A DNA stretch of 64,000 bases from a virus (IMGVR_UViG_3300044852_000015:64001-128000), one strand, 5' to 3'. Shown: positions 36,483 to 46,005, numbered from the stretch's first letter. Translations and numbers: made by a program. Notes: generated by a model from the sequence alone, not told the origin.

Positions 36483-36514
36483 TGCAAAATACCTTTGTGA
36501 AATTGGGTTCCTGT

Positions 36515-37072
36515 TTAAGCCGCGTCCTCAAGACGAATCGTACCGTCCTCCTGCAACCTGACGCTACCGTCTTCTTCCAGCCGCTGATTCGACGCTATAA
36601 TGACAAGCGTGATCGGTAAAGAACCGGTATAAAGCAACGAGCTAGCTTTAGCCCTAAGCTGAATAGTTACTTCCGTAGTGTCCGGTGCTGGTGCTGGTAA
36701 TTCGGTGACATCGAACTCAACGTCACTGGCTACCAGATTTAACTGCTGAGCTACGTAGCTCAATGTTTGAGCCAAATCACCTGCTGACGGATAGGAGAAT
36801 CCTGTTCCCAATACGAGTAACGTATCACGGTGATAATGGACTTCGACTGACCCGGTAAGTTTCTGACCACCTTTGGCAGTTAATACCACCTTGGTGTTGA
36901 ACCACGGATCAGTGGGTGATACCGACACGACTGGTGCCGTGTAAGTCACCTGAGAAGCTAGGAGGGTTTTGTTAGGACTGGTTCCATTGATAGCCGCGAA
37001 AAAGTTCTCTTCGGCGGTTTTCACCGGATCAATCTGTAATCGGTTAGTCACTACGCCTGACATGACAATCAT
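36515..37072 (-). CDS. virion/fibre-associated domain protein, paralogue 1
   Basis: NTKVVLTA....GSVEVHYHR..L ... LRAKASSLLYTG; C-terminal RLEEDG/RLQEDG repeats. Confidence 0.7.
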   Translation of the reverse strand: MIVMSGVVTNRLQIDPVKTAEENFFAAINGTSPNKTLLASQVTYTAPVVSVSPTDPWFNTKVVLTAKGGQKLTGSVEVHYHRDTLLVLGTGFSYPSAGDLAQTLSYVAQQLNLVASDVEFDVTELPAPAPDTTEVTIQLRAKASSLLYTGSLPITLVIIASNQRLEEDGSVRLQEDGTIRLEDAA

Positions 37073-37124
37073 CCTCTAGATAGAGTACGGTCTCTGGATT
37101 AACGACCTCTTGGTCGGGGACACT

Positions 37125-37274
37125 CGACATAAAGTCCGGGTCGCCCCGGACTCCCCACAGGCGGCACCTAAATTAATTAGGCTACCTTAAATGGGAGCCA
37201 TGTAAATCCATTCACAAGGGGCCATCGAACTGACAGCCGTAATCCGTGTATAAAGCCACGACATTCGTCGGTTC
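37125..37274 (-). ncRNA. candidate structured small RNA (unassigned)
   Basis: TATG late-promoter-like motif at 37274-37277, several hairpins, own terminator at 37125-37151; only an RBS-less 29-codon ORF. Confidence 0.3.
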
Positions 37275-37311
37275 ATACTAATACCGGATAAAAAAATACG
37301 TAGGCTACTAG

Positions 37312-37334
37312 GGCATAGAGGACCGAAGTCCCCC
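37312..37334 (-). terminator. terminator + CTATGCC
   Basis: ggac-cgaa-gtcc stem. Confidence 0.55.
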
Positions 37335-37347
37335 ATTCACAGAGTGC

Positions 37348-37872
37348 TTATGGGTTGATAGTCAGGCCGACCAGTTCTGGGTTTACAACGAGCTGGCTGA
37401 GCTGAACCGAACTAGGTTCGATAATGATCGTCAGACTACCCCGATACGCCAAAGAGTTGGGTGAAGCTTTCAACTCTATCACTTCGTCATCCACAAAATC
37501 GGTGGGTAGCGGAACGGACAGATCAATGTCTACTAGCTCCAAAGCTGACTTGTAGTGCGCATTGAATCCAGCCAGTAAAGTCGCATGGGTAGGTGGGACT
37601 CCAACCACGATTCCTTGTGGATCAGCTAACGTTTCAAACTCCGTCAAATCAATACGGTCGTAGCTAATTTCGACTTCACCGATGAGTTGACTGTTGGGTT
37701 TGGGTGAAATGACGACTCTGGTATTTGCGGGGTGTTCTACTCCCGGTTGTTCTTCTGGTGTGAGAGCTGACGGCACGCTAAATTGGACGTCGTCAAGCGT
37801 CAAGTTCAACAAGTCTGTCTCGTTGATCAGAGCCAGAACCTGCTCTGCGGATTTCATTCCAATGTGATACAT
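37348..37872 (-). CDS. virion/fibre-associated domain protein, paralogue 2
   Basis: LALINE..., NTRVVISP....GEVEISYDRIDL, LKASPNSLAYRG. Confidence 0.75.
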   Translation of the reverse strand: MYHIGMKSAEQVLALINETDLLNLTLDDVQFSVPSALTPEEQPGVEHPANTRVVISPKPNSQLIGEVEISYDRIDLTEFETLADPQGIVVGVPPTHATLLAGFNAHYKSALELVDIDLSVPLPTDFVDDEVIELKASPNSLAYRGSLTIIIEPSSVQLSQLVVNPELVGLTINP

Positions 37873-38034
37873 GACGTGTACGCCTACATGGATTGATTAA
37901 TGTTCGCCGAATTGTTCGACCCCCGTCAAAGCATAAGTCTTTTTGTACAGACAAACGTTATAGCGGAGCACTTATCCTTATAGACACCCCACACCTACGG
38001 GGTCCTAACTCTAGCCGTTTATAGGAGCCTCAAC

Positions 38035-38481
38035 GTGATTGTTGATCATACCTTAACCCCGCTACAAAACATCATCAACCTGATCAACGAAACCAACAGT
38101 ACGGCCTTCACTGCCGACGATTTCGTTCTTTCGGACCTGACGCAAACCGACCTTACCGGCGACATCACGGTAAAGAACTCCACCCTCGTTGTGACCTGTA
38201 CTCTGAACAACGAGTTCTACGGCAACCAGACTTTGACTTACCGTCGTCTCTATGTTCAAGAGATCGTCAAGTCGACTGACTACGTGTTGCAAACCGGCGA
38301 CACCTTGGACTCGATCCGTCTGATGATTGCCGATCGTTACAAGATGATCGCTGGTGAATTGGAGTGGGACAAACCAGAACTGGACGTTCCAGTTGACACA
38401 ACCTCTCCGTACACCCTGCGTGCCAAAGACGGCAGCATGTGCTACGTGGGTGAGCTGGTAATTACGTTCATCCAGAACTAA
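38035..38481 (+). CDS. virion/fibre-associated domain protein, paralogue 3 (inverted)
   Basis: INLINETN, NSTLVVT....GNQTLTYRRL, LRAKDGSMCYVG; GTG start with AGGAG RBS. Confidence 0.75.
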   Translation: MIVDHTLTPLQNIINLINETNSTAFTADDFVLSDLTQTDLTGDITVKNSTLVVTCTLNNEFYGNQTLTYRRLYVQEIVKSTDYVLQTGDTLDSIRLMIADRYKMIAGELEWDKPELDVPVDTTSPYTLRAKDGSMCYVGELVITFIQN

Positions 38482-38483
38482 GC

Positions 38484-38521
38484 GCATAAAGAGGCCAGCC
38501 TTTTGGGCTGGCCTCTATGCC
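38484..38521. terminator. bidirectional terminator with TATGC on both sides
   Basis: gcataaa-gaggccagcc-tttt-g-ggctggcctc-tatgcc between convergent genes. Confidence 0.85.
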
Positions 38522-38526
38522 GTCTG

Positions 38527-39165
38527 TTACATGAAACGTTCTTCCAACTCCTTGGCGATGGTCACCAAGTTATCGAACATCGGCAACGTACCATCCAGAA
38601 TCAGTGAGGTTTCTGGCATCGACTGGAACCGCTTCAGGAAGCCCTCACGGACGTCGTGATGGTAGTCAATACCTTTCTCCTCAATACGATCCTTACGGCG
38701 TTCCTCGTCGGTCTGACGCTTGAACGATTCGGTAGGACAGATGTCGAGGTAGATCACCAAGTCAGGACGGAACCCTTTCAAGGTCATCTCTTCCACAGCC
38801 AAGTAGTCTGCTTCAGAAACGTCCCCAGCGTAGTACTGCATTGCGTAAGACGAATCGACGAAACGATCCATCAGCACAATGTTACCCAGTTCCAGATTGG
38901 GGATGATAAAGTTGTGCACGTTCTGATGACGCAACGCCATGAAGGTAAACAACTCAGACAACGGGTGGTAGATCTCGTCTCGCTTCTTGAGCAACACTTG
39001 TCGCAGCTCAACACCGATTTCTGTACCGCCGGGTTCGTTCGAGTTAACAACCCCGTTGGATACGTTTTCTTCAAGCCAGCTTTTAACAGCACGCAACATC
39101 GACGACTTACCACTGAAGTCGATGCCTTCGAAGGCAATGAAGAACGGCTTAACTTTCGTCGTCAT
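38527..39165 (-). CDS. tmk: thymidylate kinase
   Basis: FIAFEGIDFSGKSS P-loop, NEPGGT, VLMDRFVDSSYAMQ, RPDLVIYLD. Confidence 0.93.
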   Translation of the reverse strand: MTTKVKPFFIAFEGIDFSGKSSMLRAVKSWLEENVSNGVVNSNEPGGTEIGVELRQVLLKKRDEIYHPLSELFTFMALRHQNVHNFIIPNLELGNIVLMDRFVDSSYAMQYYAGDVSEADYLAVEEMTLKGFRPDLVIYLDICPTESFKRQTDEERRKDRIEEKGIDYHHDVREGFLKRFQSMPETSLILDGTLPMFDNLVTIAKELEERFM

Positions 39166-40507
39166 GGTCGGTTTCCAGGAACATAGTGATGGATGAGTTG
39201 GAGATATACCTCCTCGCAGACATCCCTTCACCTTTTAAATGGATAAAGTCTTGCACTTGGGTAACAACACCAAACCGAATCTTCGTGGTGTTATCGTTTT
39301 CGTATAGGTACTGAACCGGCATCCCCGGATAGATCAGAGAACCTTTGGAATGTTCCCACACCGCTTGCACGACCTGTCCCTTACGAGACGAGATCTTCGA
39401 CAGCGCCGACATCAGGTTTCCAGAGACCCCTTGGGCGGCTTGGACTACATGGTTCAGTCCGTTCCCAGCAGCTTCAAACAACACTTCCGTAGTGTTCTTA
39501 CCGCGAGACAAAGTCGTGACGTTGTCTTTGGTTGAACCAAAGCTTTCGAAGATACTCTTAGCATCCGTAAACCGAATGCCGTTACCTTCGTCCACTTGAC
39601 GCGTCGCAGACGTATCAATCGACCGAGTACCACCTGTGGTGATAATGATCAACTGATTAGCTGTTTCACGGTAAGTCCGTTCGATACCCGGCATCCGGTT
39701 CTCAGGGATGTTGATCACCGTCAAACCTTTAGGCGAGTCCTCAAAACGTTGTGTGTTAAAGAGGGGCCATACATACCAAGAGCCTTGGTGTAGATAAAAA
39801 CCGATCTCACTGTTGTAGATGCCACCACACTTGTCTTGCAAGTAGTTGGGGAGCGCCATCAGTGGCGTGCCGTGAGGCACAACGATGTGAGCACGCCGTT
39901 CTGTGTTGTCAGCAGGGACGCAATCAATTACGTTAATTGCAACCCCACGTTCAGTCGGCATCTCTTTGGCTTCTTTGGTCAGGATCGTTCGCAACACGTC
40001 CATTGGGGTACAACCTTTAAACACCCCACCGGTGGCCACGGAGCGTAACCATTCTGAAGCAGCATCCACCAATTGGAACTGAATCTTAGCCACGCCACCC
40101 AAGTCGCCCAGCTCTACGGTATCGAGCAAAGGAGAACTGGATTCCTTGGCGTGACCACGAGGGTCCATCAGCACCGCTGTGTAGGTCATCGTTTCGACCG
40201 CACCGTCAGGGTTGACAGCGTCTTCCACTTCACCAATGAACTGGCGTTGGATGATGGCTTGGATTTTGGTTTTCCACGGGTAGACTTTCTTGGTCAACGT
40301 ACCCATACCGAAGACCACTTCCATGACCACCACGTCTGACACGTTAACCCCGAAGTCACGCACGATGTCAATCGAGAGCAACTTCAAAGGATCAACCTCA
40401 GAACCATCGGGCATCCTGAGTTTCACGCTGTAGTCATAATGAACGAGGTTCGCACCGCTCTGGGTGATCTTTGTCACCTCGTTCATTATAGTACTGGTTT
40501 CTAACAT
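39149..40507 (-). CDS. virion structural protein, probable baseplate hub (phiKZ gp101-like)
   Basis: 452 aa; synteny and size within the conserved phiKZ-like structural block. Confidence 0.55.
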   Translation of the reverse strand: MLETSTIMNEVTKITQSGANLVHYDYSVKLRMPDGSEVDPLKLLSIDIVRDFGVNVSDVVVMEVVFGMGTLTKKVYPWKTKIQAIIQRQFIGEVEDAVNPDGAVETMTYTAVLMDPRGHAKESSSPLLDTVELGDLGGVAKIQFQLVDAASEWLRSVATGGVFKGCTPMDVLRTILTKEAKEMPTERGVAINVIDCVPADNTERRAHIVVPHGTPLMALPNYLQDKCGGIYNSEIGFYLHQGSWYVWPLFNTQRFEDSPKGLTVINIPENRMPGIERTYRETANQLIIITTGGTRSIDTSATRQVDEGNGIRFTDAKSIFESFGSTKDNVTTLSRGKNTTEVLFEAAGNGLNHVVQAAQGVSGNLMSALSKISSRKGQVVQAVWEHSKGSLIYPGMPVQYLYENDNTTKIRFGVVTQVQDFIHLKGEGMSARRYISNSSITMFLETDHDDES

Positions 40508-41082
40508 TAGACAGTCCCTCCACGGCGGCTTACTTCACGAGCAATGACCTGAGCCATTGGACTGTGTTCTGTTGGGACTTCACTCGCAACTTGTTCGGGG
40601 GTGGTCAGATCGCGCTTAACCGTAGCCCGGCGACTGATACGATCCAGACTACGGAACAGACGAGAGCCACTGACCTGAGTCGTCATGTGTTGGCGTGCCA
40701 TTGGGTAGATCTCTTTGGCAAACTGATCCAGCAGCCTCAAGTCTTCCACTGGAACGTCGTCACGACGGTTAGGGTCTTTGGCCACCTCGTCGGTCCAGTC
40801 GTTGATGTGCTCCACAACCCACTGGTAAATCTGCTTCGACTCTTCAGGGTGTAACAGAGACAACGCAGCCCCGTCAGCCATGTGTTGAGCCATCTGAGCA
40901 ACTGTCAGGTTGGCTTTCACGGTGTTCTGAAAGGTCTGGGCATCAATGTCCGCATCACCCGAGGTGTACAGCCCAAACTTTTGAACGTACTCTTGGGAGT
41001 ACAGGTACATCGCAGGAATCATGCACTCCACATAGTAGTTAAAGATTTTGTAGGCGGCTGTGTGATGCGGCTGTTCCATCAT
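40507..41082 (-). CDS. conserved phiKZ-like protein (gp100-like)
   Basis: 191 aa; synteny. Confidence 0.55.
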   Translation of the reverse strand: MMEQPHHTAAYKIFNYYVECMIPAMYLYSQEYVQKFGLYTSGDADIDAQTFQNTVKANLTVAQMAQHMADGAALSLLHPEESKQIYQWVVEHINDWTDEVAKDPNRRDDVPVEDLRLLDQFAKEIYPMARQHMTTQVSGSRLFRSLDRISRRATVKRDLTTPEQVASEVPTEHSPMAQVIAREVSRRGGTV

Positions 41083-41084
41083 GA

Positions 41085-42476
41085 TTAGTAATCTCGTAAG
41101 GCAGTTTTGATGAGGATGAACAGGATTGGAATGTAGTAGAACCGTTCCAAGTTGTTCCAGCGTTTAGCAGTCTGGACCAAGTTCAACAACGTAGGCTTGT
41201 GCATCGACTGACCCGTTAACGCACACAGAACCAAGTGTTCCAACTTGGACTGTTCCAATGGCAGGTTGTCGTAAAACGCCTGTGACAGCACGTAGAAGTC
41301 ACCTTTGTTCACCGGATGGATGTCTGGCAGGGCCTCAAGGCCCACAGGAGCCTCTGGAGGCGCGTAGTGGAAGCCGTTCAGCTCTTTGCTGACCAACACA
41401 CGGCGTAGCTCTCTATTACGCGCTATGCCCGGCAGGAGGCGTCCTGGGACCAGTGGGTCTTGAACCGAGTACTGGGTGTCTACGACGGTGAGGGTAGAAT
41501 TGTCGAGTGGGTACACGACGTCCTGCACACCGCTGTAATAGATGCCGTCAAACATCGCGGCTTCTGTAAACAAAGACGACGGTGACAAGCCAGCTTTCTG
41601 GAAGCACAGCTCACGCACGTCGTTGTTCAAGTTAACCAGACACGTCCACAGGTTGTGTTCCCGGTACCGCACGTTACCATCAACGTTCAGAGCCCGGATA
41701 CGCATGATGATGTTGCTGTCACGGTTATCCAGAATCGACAGCAAACCAATTACCATAAAGGGATCGTACGTCACGTTCACTTGGTTCGGAACGCACAGTG
41801 TCTGGTATTCGACGTTGAAGAAGTCGGCGAGGTACTGGAACAGCAAGTTGGAGTAACCGGCGTTCAGTTGCGAGATCTGATCGAAGTCACTCGACGCCAT
41901 GACCGGGTTCTGACCGTGGTGAATAAAGTCGCGTACAAAGACGGACTCCTTCACTACTTTCTTAGCCAAGTCATTCTTGTACTCAGACGTCAGGTAGTCA
42001 CGCAGGGTGTAGTCGATTTGGTAGCAGGTGTCTTTGAAGATCGCTTTCTTTTCAGTCCGCGTAATCGTAAACACACCCACTCGACCGTCACCAATGTCAG
42101 CAAGGAACACGTCCCCGTTGTTTGGCTTGACTCCTGGGTACAACGTCGCCGAACCGGTCACAATAGCGTTACGGTTGTTGTCGTCTTGTTGATAACCCAG
42201 TTCAGTCTGTACCTTCAGCTCCAAGTGTCGAATGAGGCGGTACTGTTGGTAGACTGCTTGTTGGTTCAGTTGTAGGTCAGAGGTTTCGTCGTCCGTGTCG
42301 AGGACCTGTTGGTAGTAGTCAACGGTCCAACTGGAACCCTCAATGTGAGTCAACAAACTCGACATCGGAATGTAACGGCTGTCCACTACAGCATTGCGAA
42401 CCTCAGCCGCAATGGCTAAGGGTTCGACAGGTACTGCCTTAGGTGGGACAGTAGGTTTGGAATCCAAGATAGGCAT
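41085..42476 (-). CDS. virion structural protein (gp99-like)
   Basis: 463 aa; EGS.W.VDYYQQ, PNNGDVFLADIGDGR; synteny. Confidence 0.6.
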   Translation of the reverse strand: MPILDSKPTVPPKAVPVEPLAIAAEVRNAVVDSRYIPMSSLLTHIEGSSWTVDYYQQVLDTDDETSDLQLNQQAVYQQYRLIRHLELKVQTELGYQQDDNNRNAIVTGSATLYPGVKPNNGDVFLADIGDGRVGVFTITRTEKKAIFKDTCYQIDYTLRDYLTSEYKNDLAKKVVKESVFVRDFIHHGQNPVMASSDFDQISQLNAGYSNLLFQYLADFFNVEYQTLCVPNQVNVTYDPFMVIGLLSILDNRDSNIIMRIRALNVDGNVRYREHNLWTCLVNLNNDVRELCFQKAGLSPSSLFTEAAMFDGIYYSGVQDVVYPLDNSTLTVVDTQYSVQDPLVPGRLLPGIARNRELRRVLVSKELNGFHYAPPEAPVGLEALPDIHPVNKGDFYVLSQAFYDNLPLEQSKLEHLVLCALTGQSMHKPTLLNLVQTAKRWNNLERFYYIPILFILIKTALRDY

Positions 42477-43985
42477 TTACTTGTCCCTTCTGGCAATGAT
42501 GCCGGTGGCACCAACGGTGAACATACGACGTGACTGGTCACGCTTCCCTTTGTTAATCAGATCCCACAACCAATCCTTCGGAATCAACTTCCCACCAATG
42601 ATTGGAATCTTGCTGGTGTCCACCCGAGGGTAGAGGGTCTTGATCAACTCAATGGCGAAGATGGGGTTCGTGCGAATGCGGTCAATGGCTTCTCGAGTCA
42701 GGATACTCAAGTCTGTCACCAAGCACAGACGCAAGTGCTGTACGTCACGCAAGGTCAGGTCATATGAACTGCGGACATTCAAGTCCACGTCCATCAACAC
42801 CGAACCGTCTGGCATCGGTTTATCCCAACGGTACAGTTGGAAGTTAAACACCGACTGCGTGTACTTGCTGATGAACGGTACTTCACCCTTGAGGAACTCC
42901 AGCGCTGCTGCGGAGAACTCAAAGTCACCGAGGTTGTGCAGACTGACCATGTCACGAGGATCGTTTTCATCCACCCCCAGTAACAGCTCCAAGACAGGAC
43001 TGGTGCGAGGTACAACCCAGTTCGCCATCCAATCGTCAAACGCTGGAATACGATTACGAGCGAGTGGCTGTAGCCGCTCTTTATACAGCCTCGTGTAGTA
43101 GTCCATCAGGAAGCGTTCATTAGACGGACGCCGGGCACGATTAGCCAACTCGTAGACTGGGACGTTAGGTCGGAAACGTTCGTCCACCATCTGGTTGTGA
43201 ATGACCACTGGGTAGTGAGCCATCACAGCAACCACCTTGTCGTACATAAAGGTGTAATCGAAACCACACTCCCATGGAGCCCCTTCGCCAGCCTTAGCAC
43301 CCTTGTCAGGTTGTGCTACGAAGTTAAAGCCCCCTACGATGCTTGCCTGACGTTCTGCGATCGCCAACAGGGGTTGGGTTCCCGCTTGTGTCCGAAGCGT
43401 TGTAGCGCGTCCTGAGATGTGTTCCTGCACCCATTGCTCCAGCGGCTCATCGTAACCTGCGACTGCTTCACGCATTTCGTGGATTTGGTAGAGGATCAGA
43501 GCAATGGAGTCAGGGATTGGGTAGTGGTAGTCAATCTCATGGAGCAGTTCTGCACGCCCTTGTGAGGAACGTACCCGGAACTCGTCTCGCCACTTCTCAG
43601 CTTGAGTACTGTCCTGAGCACGGTAACGGAACGAGATAGTTACTTCACAAGAAACGTAGACAGGCTTAACGAACACATCGAGACGTTGATCGTAGAAGAC
43701 GAACTGGACGTTGTCTTTCTTTACCGCTGAGGTCAGCGTACGGTCTTCGATGTATTGTTCGTCAGCTTCGATGTTGACACGACCATTGAACGGGAACTTG
43801 TTCTGGATGCCGGTATCAGTGAGAGTGGTTTGAGGTTGGAACTGAGACTCCGCTTTACCGAAGAACTCAAAGCCAGTATCAGGCGGCAAGCGCATGATCT
43901 CAATCAACTGTTTCGCTACCTGAGTAATGGCGGGGCGTGTAATCGAGGTATACGTTTCTGGAAGTTCAACAACGATGTTAGGCAT
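42477..43985 (-). CDS. virion structural protein (gp98-like)
   Basis: start moved to MPNIVVE (GGAG RBS, downstream of the terminator); synteny. Confidence 0.6.
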   Translation of the reverse strand: MPNIVVELPETYTSITRPAITQVAKQLIEIMRLPPDTGFEFFGKAESQFQPQTTLTDTGIQNKFPFNGRVNIEADEQYIEDRTLTSAVKKDNVQFVFYDQRLDVFVKPVYVSCEVTISFRYRAQDSTQAEKWRDEFRVRSSQGRAELLHEIDYHYPIPDSIALILYQIHEMREAVAGYDEPLEQWVQEHISGRATTLRTQAGTQPLLAIAERQASIVGGFNFVAQPDKGAKAGEGAPWECGFDYTFMYDKVVAVMAHYPVVIHNQMVDERFRPNVPVYELANRARRPSNERFLMDYYTRLYKERLQPLARNRIPAFDDWMANWVVPRTSPVLELLLGVDENDPRDMVSLHNLGDFEFSAAALEFLKGEVPFISKYTQSVFNFQLYRWDKPMPDGSVLMDVDLNVRSSYDLTLRDVQHLRLCLVTDLSILTREAIDRIRTNPIFAIELIKTLYPRVDTSKIPIIGGKLIPKDWLWDLINKGKRDQSRRMFTVGATGIIARRDK

Positions 43986-44018
43986 GTCAAAGCTCCAGTA
44001 AATGATCATAAGATAAAC

Positions 44019-44050
44019 GGCATAAAGCCCTGAGGCGTTAACCTCAGGGC
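44019..44050 (-). terminator. terminator + TTTATGCC
   Basis: gccctgagg/cctcagggc stem. Confidence 0.8.
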
Positions 44051-44056
44051 GATTGC

Positions 44057-44500
44057 TTAACTTAGACTGATCCGTCCAGCTTCCAAGTCTACCAATGCTT
44101 GCTTTACCGCTTGAGCTGTCTTGAGGCGATTGGTACGTTGGTGTAGGGAGTGCAGTGCATGAGACACGCCCAACAGTGCTTGTTGGTTCTCCTCGCTCTT
44201 GTACGGGCCTTCTTGACAACCCAACAAACGGTGTTCGCAGATTGCCAACAGGGCTTCGAGGGTGATTCCGTTGAACCCTTCTGCTGGATTCCCTGATTGA
44301 AACAGAATGTCTAATTGTCGGGTTGGTGGGAGGTGTTCGTAACCCGGTGTTGGTTGACGGTTGTAGTTATCCATCGTGTTAAAGTTACTGATGCAATACC
44401 GATGGTTATCACCACCGGGTCCCTTTTGATCACTGTGGGTGATGGTAAGAGCCTTAGGATCAAGATCAGAGGAGGACACTACGTGTCTGCTAATTTGCAT
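44057..44500 (-). CDS. tad1: Tad1-like anti-Thoeris/anti-CBASS cyclic-nucleotide sponge
   Basis: start moved to MQISRH; KGPGGDNHRY, ILFQSG, NGITLEALLAICEHRL..CQEGPYKSEEN..AL..V..AL..L..R mirrors Tad1 GPGGAYHEY, IKFQKG, HGV...DLL.IV.DRL..FQAGPF.SREN..AL..VEEAL. Confidence 0.8.
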   Translation of the reverse strand: MQISRHVVSSSDLDPKALTITHSDQKGPGGDNHRYCISNFNTMDNYNRQPTPGYEHLPPTRQLDILFQSGNPAEGFNGITLEALLAICEHRLLGCQEGPYKSEENQQALLGVSHALHSLHQRTNRLKTAQAVKQALVDLEAGRISLS

Positions 44501-44571
44501 ATAAAAACCCTTAGACGGAATGACAGAGCATTTTAAAGACATTAGATACAACGAAGCAGTAAGAAAAAACC

Positions 44572-44604
44572 AAAAAAAAAACACTGCTAGACAAGCCAGT
44601 GTTT
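44572..44604 (-). terminator. intrinsic terminator after thg1
   Basis: aaaacactg/cagtgtttt stem with a long T tract on the minus strand. Confidence 0.7.
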
Positions 44605-44610
44605 TCATAC

Positions 44611-45417
44611 TTAGCCCAGTAGCGGCACTGCGCCGTCAAACACGACAGCTTCACGGTTAGCCACTTTAGCGAAAGGGGCCATATCGAGGAGGAGGATCTC
44701 GGTACGTTCAATCACTAGGTCGGGTTCACTGTGAGCTTTGTGCTTCGGTGGAAGCTTGGCCAAGTCTTCTGCGGTGAAGGGTGCACTGGTCTTGCGCCGT
44801 TGGATAAACTGACCACGACGGAAGGAGGCTGGGTAGTCAGCGAAGCGTACGCCTTTCTGGTACAGCAGCTCGATGCGTTCTTTACCAGTCTTACCGTGGA
44901 GGGCGGTGTGACTGTAGTGTTCACTGGCCGCCATGGTGATAGCGTTCTTGGTAGCGTCCCACTCGCGCCACAGCAACACGTTAGCCGCTTCAGTCTGGTT
45001 AGGGACTTGCCACACACGGGAGTCAAAGGTTGGGAGACGTTCTGCGTACTTCGCTGGCAACCGTTCTACGATCTCACGGTAGAAGAACAGAGTCGCTTGG
45101 GCTGCGAGGTGACAGTTCATCTTGGAGATGCGTCCGTTGAACCACAGTTGTTTCTTCAGGCTGTCGCTGAACCACACCAGACTGATCTCGTCAGACTGAG
45201 TGTAACCCATAGAAGCTCCTGTGTGCTCCACCAAGTGGCGACAGGTAGCAATCATGGCCGCTTGCATGTCTACGTCGTAAGGACGCTTCAAACCGCGTGT
45301 AAAGCGAGAGAAGCCACGACCGTCAATCCGTGCAACGATTGGGATCAACGGCATGAACATCCGACCAGCTTCAGCCGCTTCATACATCTTCATCCGATCG
45401 CCAAGTTCGTCTTTCAT
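44611..45417 (-). CDS. thg1: tRNA(His) guanylyltransferase Thg1-like protein (3'-5' polymerase)
   Basis: LGDRMKMYE, ARIDGRGFSRFT, YTQSDEISL, FNGR..KM, FDSR, WREWDATKNAI motifs. Confidence 0.92.
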   Translation of the reverse strand: MKDELGDRMKMYEAAEAGRMFMPLIPIVARIDGRGFSRFTRGLKRPYDVDMQAAMIATCRHLVEHTGASMGYTQSDEISLVWFSDSLKKQLWFNGRISKMNCHLAAQATLFFYREIVERLPAKYAERLPTFDSRVWQVPNQTEAANVLLWREWDATKNAITMAASEHYSHTALHGKTGKERIELLYQKGVRFADYPASFRRGQFIQRRKTSAPFTAEDLAKLPPKHKAHSEPDLVIERTEILLLDMAPFAKVANREAVVFDGAVPLLG

Positions 45418-45442
45418 CTTCTTTTCCTTAAAAGGTCTGATT

Positions 45443-45479
45443 AGGTATAAAAAAGAAAAGCCCGGTTAGGGGCTTTTCT
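45443..45479 (-). terminator. terminator + TTTTTATAC
   Basis: agaaaagccc/gggcttttct stem. Confidence 0.65.
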
Positions 45480-45489
45480 CTGGTGTTAC

Positions 45490-46005
45490 TTACTCAGCAA
45501 CAAAACCGCGTTCAACCGTGGCTACGTCACCGAGGACACGTCCGATCATTTGATCGAACTGAATCGCGATCATCTGACCCGGAGTAATGGGTTGACCCCA
45601 GTTACTCACGTCGAAGTTCGGAGCCATGTCAGGACGCAGACCGATCACGATCGCACGGTCTTGACCGTTTGGAATGATAGCGAAGCCCGAAGCGCAACCG
45701 TACGGGTGAGCGCCGTAGCCACCCAACAGCGTGTGTGGCTGGCGCTGGTACTGCGGTTGAGCCGGTGGTTGGTTGTATTGCTCTTCACGCTCACGCACCA
45801 TTTGCAGGGTGATTGGGTCAACGATCAGAGTGTAACCTTTACCGCCCTCCAGCAGAGCGCCGAACTCAGGGTCGACTTTCGTGACAGCCGCTACTACCCG
45901 AGAGAACGGGGTTTGCAGATTGCGTTTGTCGAAGATCGCACCATGGACCAGGTTGGCCATAGGGACCGACAGGAATTTCTTTTCTTCAGTTGCGGTGGTA
46001 GTCAT
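45490..46005 (-). CDS. hypothetical protein
   Basis: 171 aa, codon usage typical of strongly expressed genes. Confidence 0.75.
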   Translation of the reverse strand: MTTTATEEKKFLSVPMANLVHGAIFDKRNLQTPFSRVVAAVTKVDPEFGALLEGGKGYTLIVDPITLQMVREREEQYNQPPAQPQYQRQPHTLLGGYGAHPYGCASGFAIIPNGQDRAIVIGLRPDMAPNFDVSNWGQPITPGQMIAIQFDQMIGRVLGDVATVERGFVAE

